Below, piece by piece: positions 35,317 through 46,700 of a stretch of DNA of 64,000 nucleotides. Under the pieces are notes generated by a model. That model had not been told where the DNA came from. It ran no database searches and was given only the letters and a program-made list of their open reading frames with translations. Positions within the stretch are counted from its first letter, which is position 1. Each line of letters begins with the position of its first letter. The DNA comes from Balanoglossus misakiensis. Its lineage: Eukaryota; Animalia; Hemichordata. The stretch covers positions 8,571,146 to 8,635,145 of the forward strand of contig CM082584.2 in the NCBI GenBank assembly GCA_040954595.2, read 5' to 3'. A program made the position numbers and the translations under genes.

Positions 35317-38300
35317 TCAAACCTCTGTTTGATTGCTCGTACAGTTTCCGTTGGGAAGGACTATTGATGGGTTGCTACGCGTTACCGACGACGACGACCT
35401 GTCGGACGACCGCGAGTGCGTCGCCGGTTTGTGATTCAACAGAGGTGTTATGGTAGTGTCCGCCGTTTCGGCAGAGAGCAAAGTCTGGTTGAGCGAGCCG
35501 TTGTGACTCACGGTGAGCACGCCCTCCCACGAGTGCAGCCGGGTGGAGATCTCGTGGAAGGTGGGCCGCTGGCTGGGCAGCTCGCCCCAGCACTCCTGCA
35601 TGAGGGCGTACATGCGGGCGGGGCAGCCGTCGGGGCAGGGCAGCAGCTTGTGCACGCGCACCATCTCGATCACCTCCTTGCTGTTGAAGCCGTAGTACGG
35701 CTGCAGTCCGAAGCTGAACACCTCCCACAGCAGCACGCCGAACGACCACACGTCGCTCTGCATGGTGAATTTCCCGTAGAGGATCGACTCGGGCGCCATC
35801 CAGCGCACGGGCAGCAGCGACTTGCTGTGCATGCGGTAGTAGTCCGACGAATAAATATCCCTGGACAGGCCAAAGTCGGAAATTTTCACCACTAAGTTCT
35901 CGCCCACAAGGCAATTCCTGGCCGCCAGGTCCCGGTGCACAAAATGGCACTGCGCCAAGTACTCCATCCCGCAGGCAACCTGCAGGGCAATGGACAGGAA
36001 GTCGGTGTTGTCCAGCGACGACTGCGTGTCGTCGTCCGCGCTACTCCCAACGTCCGAGTGCGGCGAGTGGCGCAGCAGATACTCGTGCAGATCTCCCTGC
36101 GACATGAACTCAAACAGCATACAGAATGGGTGCTTGGACAAACAAATTCCCTGCAGGTGAACGATGTTGGGGTGCGCCAGCGTCGACATCAGGTCCACCT
36201 CTCTCCGGAAGTCCATTTGGACTTTGGGCGCCACGTTCTCTTTCAACGTCTTAATGGCCACTTTGGTGATCTCGTTGGGATCGTCGGCCAATCCCATCAC
36301 CTCTCCCTGGTAGACTTTCCCGAAAGCACCTTCTCCGATCTCCTGGATGAACCGGATGCAGTTGGGTGAAATTTCCTTCACCTGCACCTGTGGAGTAGAG
36401 AGAAAACGAGAACATCGTCAATGACACAATCCCCACTGGACTAGTAAATTACGAGAGACATTCCAGGAAATGGAATGAAACCAGTTGAGGCATGTCCGCT
36501 GAATGGCCTTGATGCCTCGGTTAGCTCCGTCCATCTCACCTGTGGCTGCCGGTAGAAATCCGTCATCTCCATGGCAGGGCCGCTGGTTTTCGGGCCACCG
36601 TACGGAGCGTTGGACTGGCGTCGACATATGCAGATGCAGACGAAGAGCAAGGCCAGAAGAAGTGGTACGGCAATGCTCAGGCTCGGCACCAGAATCAGGA
36701 GAACTTCACTGTTTTTCTTATCCGGTGGTATATCGACTAGAAGAAGGAGGAGAGAAAATTATACCATTCAGTTCAATGTCAGTCAGCATGGACATGCACT
36801 AAACAGCACAGTTTATCTAACTCACCATTATGATTCACAGCCCACCCACCCCCAAAAATGAGTTCATCAAATGTCAAGTTCACTGATGTCTAACAGCACT
36901 TACTGCATTTGGGTATGTCGCACTCTTCACTCCGGACGGCCGGATCCATAGTGTAGCACCAGGGCTTTCTCTCCTCATCGCCGGGGTTACGGCAGTAGTT
37001 GTGATCGCCGGCGATCTCGATGTGAGTGGCAGGTTTCAAGAAGTGGACCTGAGGCTGCAAGAGTGAAATGGACCAAAAAATTCAGAAAACATCAGTCATA
37101 TTAAGAATTCTTTGACTACATAAACCTGTTGCTTTTGGTCCAAATCCACTATTTTCTGTGGCAAAGTTGGACCCATACACAGAGAAACAGGGGTGTCCAT
37201 GCCAAGTTCCATACTACTCGTTTCTACACAATCGAGTGTTTTTTTTCTGTATGTACTCACCACTTGTGAATACCAGTTCTGGCAGGGAATCCCGGATTTG
37301 GTGACGTTGACTGAACCCCTATAGCTGCTTCCACTGCCATTGTAACATGTATGAGCTGAAAAGAAATTTCCAAATAACGTATTACATGTTTGTACATTGG
37401 GACAACTCTTATTTTAAATGCTCAACTCCTTCGCTAAGCACTGAATGATGATGCTCAGCGACCATCCACTCTGCTGGGTATATTGCTAATTTGCCAAAGT
37501 TACCTGGATCAACGATCGTGTTCGTATTGTTCAGCACTCCAATCCTTATGCAGTTGGCGCTCTCATTGGTCCCCGGCCGCGGCAGATGCGAACACCTGGG
37601 AATGATGACGTTGTTGGAGATCACCTGGCTGGCCTGGGCCAGGTGGTACTCCGCCTGGCAGATGTCCTGCTCCAGGACCTCGCACTCGTCCCGGCACAGC
37701 TGGCGAGGCTTCGGCGTCCCACTCGTCTCGTCGCACAGCGGGAAAGCGTAGTAGCACAGCGACGGAATAGCGTACTCTTCACAGCGCGGCGAAAGATCGG
37801 TGGAAGACTTAATCACTACAATAGCGGCTAGCAGATAGCGTTCTATGTCGTCTTGGCGAGCGTCAGGGTGGATATAGATATTCTTGTTTCGCACAAACAT
37901 GCATGCCTTGCCGTCGTATATTTTACATCGTCCCTTTCTGTTACTGCAAAAAATAAGACAAAAATTTTAAAAATCAGAACTTTCCATACACTAATCACAA
38001 CATCTTTCAGCAAAAAAAAATTCGCTGTAAACAAATGGGTCATTCAAATTCATACTTCTGTATTGTTCATGAGCTCTCTGATCAATTCAACCAGATTTTG
38101 AACACAATCAACTTTCTCCTTCCATAGGCAGCGCCATCAAACATAAACAAGTCAACCTTTTTGTTTTTCCTTGAGACTTTCAGTAGCATTGTCAAGTGAC
38201 ACAAGTTTCAAAACAAAGATTTATACTTTTTTAAGGGTTAAGACGCAATCATTGTGAAATCAGAAACATCTCAATTTATCTCAAAATTGACATTGGTCTA

Positions 38301-41300
38301 CCGGACGAGGTAATCACGTACTGCTTCAGTCGGACAGCCTCTAATACAGACATAGGACTTACTTACATTGAATTGCCTGGATCAGGAGAAGGGAAAGGAG
38401 CTGGAAGTAATAGAAAAATAACATAATCGTTACGAATATATTTCGTATTTTTTCTTCAGAAAGAACGCAAATATAATTGAGGGTAGTTATATAGTTAACT
38501 GACTTCAATGCACATGTAAGCTTTATCATCCCTCATTGTTTTAATGAGCTTGCATGCATTAAATAGGATACTGTGTTGGACTGGAAAACAATGGTGAGAT
38601 AGTGAGGAGCTGAACATACCAAAACTAACATATAGAATACCCTGAGAAGAGACTCTGCCAGCTGGGTTGCTGGCCACACACTTGTAGTAGCCGATGTCCC
38701 GAGTGTCCACGTCTCGGATGATCAGCTTCGAGCCGTACGACGCCTCTTTCACCGTGATGCGCTGCCTCTCCACCTTGATGGGCGCGTCATTCTTGAGCCA
38801 GACGAAGGTCGGGGACGGAGTGCCGGAGGCGTGGCACTTGAAGATGGCCTTGTCGCCGTGGTGCAGGGTGAGGTTGTTGACCGGCTCGTCCAGCCTGAGG
38901 AAGATGTTGCCGCTGGCAGCGCTGCAAACGAGATCCAAAGATGAAAACGATGAAAAACAATTTGGAAGGAGAATTTCAAACGTACAGACCCCATGTGGCT
39001 GGCTTTCAAGAAAATTACCAATAACGTTCTGTACTTACGTCAGATAAGTCCCTCCATTTGGTGGCTGCAGTGTGGCAGGGACTGGTGGGTCTACGAAGAG
39101 AAATAGAGTTGGAAATAAAGACAACTCCATTGCCAGAAAAAGCTATTTCCAGCTGTTATAAGAGTATTCTGTGATAAAGTCACAGTGCTGATATCTGTCA
39201 AATTAATTTCTGCACCCGTTGTCTTATACAATACATTGACTTGACATCCATTTATCTCTTGCATCTATGTAGTATCGTTTGGCCAAATCGTACAAAGAAT
39301 CACATTAGCCTTTTCCTCTTTGTATTCTGCTCAGGGAATACTCACAACAAGGGGGTATGTCGCATCTCTCAGCTCTCTTGTTCTCATTCATTGTAAAGCA
39401 CCATGGACTGTCCAGCTTGTCGCCAGGGTTACGACAATAGTTGTGACCTCCTCCTATCTCTGGGTAATTTGCCGGGGTCAGCGAGTGAGAATGAGGCTGC
39501 AAGAAAGCAGTGACATCATCAGACATTGGTCATGTGATATTTATTGAAATTCCTCAATTCCTGATTGTATCAACGACTTCACAATGACAAGCAAGCTGCC
39601 ACGATTGGTCAATTAAGTTGTCAAACGGGCCGGCGTGATTGGCTGATTTATTCTGACAAGCCTGCTGGGATTGGCTATTAGTCTGCCAAACTGTCAATTA
39701 CCGAGTGATTTACTTTGACAAGGCTGTCATGATTGGCTAAATTAGACTCACAAGCCTCTTAATGTTTGGTCAAAACACCCTGCCTCACACTGCTTCAACT
39801 TATAATGAACATGCCATGATTGGTTTATTGTGAAGAAAAACCTTGTCATTGAGTAAATTACTTTGCCCAGTCTGCCATTATCACTTAATAGAAACACACA
39901 ATCTCTTTCTATGCATGTGTCTATCGCCAGTTTTCTACTTTATTTCAGATAAATGTCTTGAACATGCTGAGAATATAGAATTTATTTATTAAAATAATTA
40001 TGTAGACCTTCTTCTGAAAGAGGGTTACTGATTTCTTTGAAGGCATAACAACATACCCAGTTGGATTCCCACGGCTGGCAGGCAAAACCTGACTCTGTCA
40101 CATTCTTTGTCCCTCTATAGGTGACCCCTGTGCCATTGTAACAATGGTGATGACCTGGAAGACAGGGACATTATCACAAGATTGAAACTTTCATCAATGT
40201 TGGCGGCTGATGGCTGATCTTCTCAAACTTGCAAGCAAATGGTAAGTTTCATAAGGTTCCTTTTCATAGTATAGGCATCTGAATTTAGATTCGTTTATGT
40301 CAACTGACAATTTTTGCGGAGTATTAGTTGGGTTTTTTTCTCACCTTTATTGGCCTGACTTCCTGTGAGATTCAGCTGTACGCAGTTTGAGACGCCGTCA
40401 AAACGGGGCGCGTCCGAACAGCTCGGCAGCATGCCGTTGGCAAAGCCGCTATTCTGCAACATCTCGAACTCGCTGCGACAGATGTCCTGCTCGATCTGCA
40501 CGCAGTCCTCGTAGCAGATGTGCCGCGGGGTGGGCGTCGAGGCGGCGGTGTCGCACAGCGGGAAGGCGTAGTAGCAGACGAAGGGGACGGCGTGCTCCAG
40601 GCACTTGGCGCTCCAGTTGGTGTTGTCGCCGCTGATCATGGTCATTCCTATCCGCAGCCTCTTCTCGATCTCGTCCGCGGGCGCCGAGACGTCCACGTAA
40701 ATGTCGTTCGTGCCTAAGTATTGGGAACACAGCGTTCCTCTGTATGGCTGGCATGATGTTGAGGGACTGCAGAGAGAGAAAGAGATGGAGTTTAAACGAC
40801 AGCAAACATAATGCAACAAACCCCCGTTCACAAAGCAGGTTTTCAAACACATACAATAAAGAACAGACTACCTAGTAACAGACCTGTTGTCTTACCTGAA
40901 ATCGTCTGGACTTGGTAAAAAAGATGCTGAAAGGGGAAAAGAAGCAAAATTAGTGACACACTTCTGGAATATCACATGTTTGTTTACGGTAACAGAGGTG
41001 CACTTCTCATGAAATAAAACAGAAAGCATTCTGAAAAGAAAACATCCTGTAAACACAAACAGTAAACAACCAGCACATAGAAACGTGGCCCTGGAAGTAA
41101 AATATAGAAATACTGAACTTGCTCCCCCCCCCCCCCCCCCCTTATAATAACCTCCATTGTTTGGCCACATCCACATCCGACCATCTGCATGACCTCGCGT
41201 GACCTTTGTAAATGGCTTACACTCACAAGTATGGCTGGGACATCGTTAAAAGTCATACTCTTTGGTGTCGAGTGCAGACATATGATATCCGAAAATGTTC

Positions 41301-42950
41301 ATGCATAATTGAGCAAATTCAACGCAGCTGAAACATTTTGAATATTGTCACTGATGCGCTCATTCTGATGTCCCAACTATTCTAGTCTCTGTGCTGTCGT
41401 TCGCATGTATGGGCAATTTAGAACTGTAAATACAAAACACATTCAAAAAACATTTTCACGTGTCACAGCATAGTTTTCTGTGAACCATGAATAATTACTT
41501 TGGACAATCTATGATGGGGGGGGGGGGGGGGGGTATATTTGTTCCAAGTTGGCATACACCGCCCTCTATTGGCAACAGATGATAACTGTGTTTGTTCTAA
41601 CTTTCACATAATACTGGTAGCTTTGTTTTCTCAAAGATTCTGCATTTTTCAAGATCTGACAAGCTCCATCAAAGGTGCTACAAATGTCTTAAATGCAAAC
41701 TGTTGCTCCCACTGAAATTTAAGAGTTAGTCCAAAACATACTCTACATGCGGTCTTAAAGCAAATCTGCATTCTTTGGAAAAGCAAGTCCTTCTCATCAA
41801 AAACTGAACCTTCACAGCAGCAGCAGGACTTGCCTTGGGGGGATTGTCCATGGGAGAAAGTGGGTGCAACAAATCCCTCATCTGGTGCAAATGTTTCCAT
41901 CTGAGGCTGCGACCCCTCCCGACCCCACTGACCTGACTTGACCTCATCTCCTGTGACCCTCACCCAACCCGGTTCCAATATTAACTCGTTTGACACAGTA
42001 TCCTCCTGGACACGTTGACGTGATTATAAACACACACAAAAAACGGAAAACACAATTCGAATATCCGTTCCTTGAAGGAAACTTGCAGACAACTTACTTA
42101 TGTACAACGCGGCGGTCAGCGACAGGGTCTGGAAGGAGTTGCTGGCCGTACAGCGGTACGATCCCGAGTCTTCCGGCCGAAGATTTCGTATCGACAGTTT
42201 CGACCCCCACTCGTAGGTGCGGATGTTGTAACGGCCCCTGCCCTCTATCTCAATGTCGTCTTTAAACCACGTGTAGGAGGGCGGCTGCTCTCCGGTTATC
42301 ATGCACCGCACCGACGCCCTTTCTCCGGGCCTCAGCGTCTCGTTCTCCATTTCCCTGTCTATGTTGAGGTAGCTGGCCGTGGAAAAAAAAAGTGGGAAAA
42401 GAAACGAAAGTTCCATGAGTGGAAGATGCCCCCATAGCAAACCACAGTTGATAAAACTGACAGTATAGATACAATCATGTCAGACTATAAGGTACATCTG
42501 GGCATGGGGCGGAGATGTTTATCTTTGGAAATCTGACACAGTACACCCAAAACTGCTTCAAGGCAAATTCTCAACCCCCCACCCTCCCACACCAAAAGAG
42601 AGTGCAGCAACATTATATCATGACCTGTCCGGTCAGATAATCATTTTTTTTCCTCTTGCGTAGGACGCAGAAATGCAGGAAAGGTAATACCCATCCAAAT
42701 TCAGCCTAGTTTTCGATTCCACTGGCGTCATCCAATGGCAGGTTGTCTTTCATAAAACCCTATTATAAGATGCAACAGTGTACGAGCAATTTCCTCTGTA
42801 ATTGGTTGCTATCATCTTGTATGGGCAGGGGCTTCACCATTCAAATGTTTGAATGATATAAAGAGAAACCAACTTACCCTTGAGTGTTTGAATTCTGGGA
42901 TGGTGACGGGGATGGGCCTTCGCCCCTACCTCCAACTTTGCTCATAGTAC
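35317..42950 (-). CDS. ROR: ROR-family receptor tyrosine kinase with duplicated Ig-Frizzled CRD-Kringle ectodomain; signal-peptide exon not found in window; >1100 aa
   Basis: Module 1 exons: 42878-42950 (linker), 42098-42372 (Ig1), 40896-40926, 40345-40766 (CRD1), 40057-40154 and 39346-39496 (Kringle1). Module 2 exons: 39039-39090, 38620-38921 (Ig2), 38367-38400, 37504-37943 (CRD2), 37261-37355 and 36904-37054 (Kringle2). Then 36540-36736 (TM) and 35317-36387 (kinase). All are GT-AG and in frame. The kinase has the ROR-type [17 protein letters not shown] and [21 protein letters not shown] motifs. Confidence 0.95.
39585..39830. repeat. Degenerate ~31-34-bp minisatellite with GATTGG core in ROR intron
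   Basis: ATTGG at 39604, 39638, 39670, 39732 and 39819 (variant TTTGG at 39765), each preceded by GACAAG(C)CTG-like sequence. Confidence 0.55.
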
Positions 42951-43530
42951 CTGCAAGATACACAAAGGAGAGAGATAAGCTCAGTAAACAATCTTTTGCC
43001 ACGTTCATCAAATCATTTGCCCATTCTTGCACAAAGTTTGTCTTCAACTTCATCGAATAAAATGTGCTCATTATCGTACAGGTGACTCATCCCAACAAAC
43101 TTCAGCCCACGGTGAAAAGTACACCACGCAAACACTATCAGACACTCTCCACACAAATCTCATAATTTTTGTCGGCTTAGTTCCTCTGAGGGGGTTTCTT
43201 TCTTTTTTATAGTTTGTTCAAGGTTTTTATCGTGTGAATCGGGACAGCGTAATACGACACAATGCACACAAGCGCTCAGTTGACAGAATAGCTGATCAAA
43301 TCTGGACTGATGTGTATCGGGTTCTTGTATTCCGCCCGTGCGTGACAATCGGCAGATGACACGCAGGTAGCGGCGGTAAACTTTGCCGAAGTTCCGATTC
43401 ATTGGCTCAGCAGCCGACCTTCATACAAGTGGCCGGTTCTGCCAAGTGGCTTCAGATCTCCTGTCTATAAGTACAGTCAAACACACGGTACTTTATATTC
43501 TGAGTGCTGATCCCTTTTGCTTAGGCAATT

Positions 43531-43560
43531 TGATCGCAGGTCGTGGGTTCGACTCCTTGT
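43531..43560 (+). repeat. tRNA-like B-box / T-arm fragment, possible tRNA-derived SINE relic
   Basis: GGTCGTGGGTTCGACTCC resembles a tRNA variable loop plus T-arm. No complete cloverleaf. Confidence 0.3.
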
Positions 43561-43624
43561 TGATACTTTCGCTACTATTATGTGGCGCCCTCGACAGGTC
43601 GTATTGCCAATGGACTCCAACAAG

Positions 43625-43701
43625 TCACCCCCATTTCCCTGTGCAGAGGTCTAGCTTTGCCATTGAGATCAATGGGGTTGGACTAAACCATGGGGTGAAA
43701 G
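43625..43701. mobile_element. Truncated copy 3 of the piggyBac-like MITE
   Basis: TCACCCCCATTTCCCTGTGCAGAGGTC...TTGCCATTGA...GTTGGACTAAACCATGGGGTGAAAG aligns to copy 1. The terminal CCC/GGG and TTAA are lost. Confidence 0.7.
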
Positions 43702-46700
43702 CACTTTGTGGGGGGGGGGGGTGAAAGACGGCTTCACACATGTGGAATTATCACAGAGAGACCGGCTACATGTCAGTTGTTGATCAATTTTCACTAATAA
43801 GTTCCAACTCACTGCGTCTATGAAATTCGACCAGAATTTCAGACATAAATTATGTGCCGTGAAGCGGCAAGTCACCAAGCCAAACAACCACCAACAAGAG
43901 GAACACTGAATCAATTTGTAGAGGGGGGGGGGAGGCACAGATGGAATTCTATTTTGTTTTAGTCCAGTTGAGCCGATACATACCCTAAGACTAAATACAA
44001 GAATCCTGGCGAATATTTCACACCTCACTGGGCAAGAATCCAGTTAATGAACCAAACTCAGTGTAGTTTTACTGCGAGGGGCCTTATTTTGCAGTTCTTT
44101 CATACGGGGTACTGGTCCAGCATTCATTAATTGGAGATTCGATATCCCCAGTGGCCATTTAAGGTTAGATATTGCCTGTTTACTGCAGAAGAACCTGTAC
44201 TGTTGAATTACAAGATGCAGTCCCAGTAAAATACTACAAATGTACGACAATTATTTTTATGTAACGTCTCATGCCAGCGTTGTGCTGGATTTGAAGAGAT
44301 GTATTTTTCACGGAAGAGAAAGGGTCCCAGGGAGTTTAATAATAATTCCTTTGCTGGGGGTATGAGCTACTATCATAATACGCGTCCATAATTTTTTTTT
44401 ATCAGCTCTAAAAATAGAACCGAGACACAATATGAGACGTTGGGATGCTATCAACCTTTGCACAGGAAAGTGTATGTCTGCTATAAGCTTACAAACCCTG
44501 AAAACTCTTGAAGTATAAAAACTGCTTCAAATAAGATTTTGGTCAGATGAGAATACGGCGGAATATATACATGTACACTATTGATCTTGCTTAGCTGAGC
44601 AGTCAGAAAAAACCCAATGAAGATCCCATGTAATCCAGCATTATAGATTTCTTTTACGTATTTCACCGCAAAATGTAAGATTTTCGGATTCAGAAATCGA
44701 AACGCTCAATAATTCTCTCTGAGCCGAGCGCTTGGGGGGGTTCTCCCCTCAGAATTTAATTTGCGGTTCAATTTCAGCTCCGCCCGGCAACGGGGAAATT
44801 GACTTCTGAAACTCCATCAGTTTTTCCGGGAAATTAAAAGCGCTGTGGGGGGATACGTTGCGTGGGAGGAGGGGGGGACCCTGTACTTCTCAACTGACAA
44901 ATCTACCTGGTGCTGAGTCGACAAGCAAGAAAGAGATATCTGTGTAAAAGGTGCATCCATGACAAGATATTAAGATTAGCTGCTATGTACACGTAGTTCC
45001 TTTATGAAACATGGCTTTTTTGTCTTCAGAGAGGCACTGGGACTGGGGGTCATCTGAGGTCACGGCATCTTAACATGAGAACTGCGTCTGCGGACATCAA
45101 GATAACATCCCACCAGAGAATTTCCACAGCAACTGCACATTGTAAATGTCCAATGGAGTCTCTGAAGTACATTTTCGTGTAAAATCACTTTCTTGTCGGT
45201 GAAACACAAACATGCTCCGATACTGTAATCTCATCTAGAATCCTCCCCTGAATTCTAAGGTAACAGTATCACCATGCGGCCGTAACGATGACCTAAAATT
45301 GATTTTTAAACAAAAACTTTTTTAGGAGTATCTTGGTTCAAGGTATGGCGGATGCACTGTGTCATTGTTTGCATGAGTGTTACAGTCATCTAGTGGACTG
45401 GATACTGGCCTGGATGAAAGGGTGCAATATCTGCAGCTGCAGAACATTGCAACATCCTTATCACTCTCAGAACGAGATACAGTTGTCAACCTCACGACGT
45501 TTTTATCTCTCTCTCTCCCCCCCCCCCCCCCCACACCCGCCTTCGCCGTATTTTTCAATTACCTGACACCCTATCACACACTTCAGCCGTATAAATGGAA
45601 CATCATTTCAGCTGGGGGCGAGGAAGATTGCGTTTCGCCTTTCTTCAGTTGGCTGATCAATTTTCCGCGCCAACAGGCAGAAAAGATTACTGTCGGTACG
45701 GTGTTATGAGTTTTCATAACACCGCCTTTCTTGTGGGGACACACAACCCCCAAAAGGCATTGCCCCGACACTAATATATACCGACTTGGGTCTATATTTG
45801 TCACGATGACAAATATCTGCATCTCGCTTTGATGACTATAATCTAGTAGACTCGGTCTTTCCAGCCAAGACAGTTAATTTGAACAATTTATCCTCTACAC
45901 AATCACTGTCACTTTTCCATTAGATGTAGTTACCTTCTCCTGATCAAAAAGTTTCACAAATTTACCTAAAGTTCCAATAAATCACCAATGTTGTATTAAT
46001 ACCATTATCCTGTTTCATAAAGTCCGGCTGATGCAGAGGCAGGAAAATCCATTTCTATGGCAACCAATCACATCACTATGGCAATCTATAGGATTTTTAA
46101 AAAAAAGTGATGGCTTGTGATGGTATTACAGGAAATTGCTATATTGATATTGGCAGGCGAGGCATGTTGATGGACAACCATTCATTTTGGTTGATATATG
46201 TTTGGTTGCCAAGCGTCTAGGTTAACGCACATGACAAGTATACATAATGAATAACTACATAGACTGATAATTTCTCAACCAATCTTTGTGTTTATAAGTC
46301 TATGGAGAGAAAATGTACATTACAACCTCACCAACCCCCTTCACAGCTGACCAGACACTTCATAAATTACACTGTACCTGCAAACACAGTCAAAGTGCTT
46401 ACTGGGCCAGAAATTTACAGCTGGGAGACCACACCTTTGTTTCTTCAAAAACTTTCCAAAAATCACCTGAAAAAATAACTCTGGGCATATTAATCCCTTC
46501 ACTGTGCAAGACCAACAGGTGTGAACGGAAGATACTACGATCGGTCCCTTTATGATAATCAGACGACGACTCAGCCAGCCACGAACCCTAAAGAACCAGG
46601 CTGTCATTTTTTTTCCGGCCCTCTGTACAAACCCATTCACACTTCATTGACTCTGTCCACCGCGCAATGCAACGAAGAGGAACAATGCCGAAGGGGGTCG

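Noticed and set aside
35375-36369. Several 140-190-aa overlapping ORFs in the ROR kinase exon
   Set aside because: Alternative-frame or antisense shadows caused by high GC3.
42943-42945. ATG in exon 42878-42950 as the ROR start
   Set aside because: It is not followed by a hydrophobic signal peptide, and it is preceded by a good splice acceptor.
39039-42950. First Ig-CRD-Kringle module as a separate secreted gene or MuSK
   Set aside because: It splices in frame with correct phases into module 2 across ~120-260-bp introns, with no intervening signal peptide or promoter. The architecture is not MuSK (three Ig domains before the CRD). Not fully excluded without cDNA.
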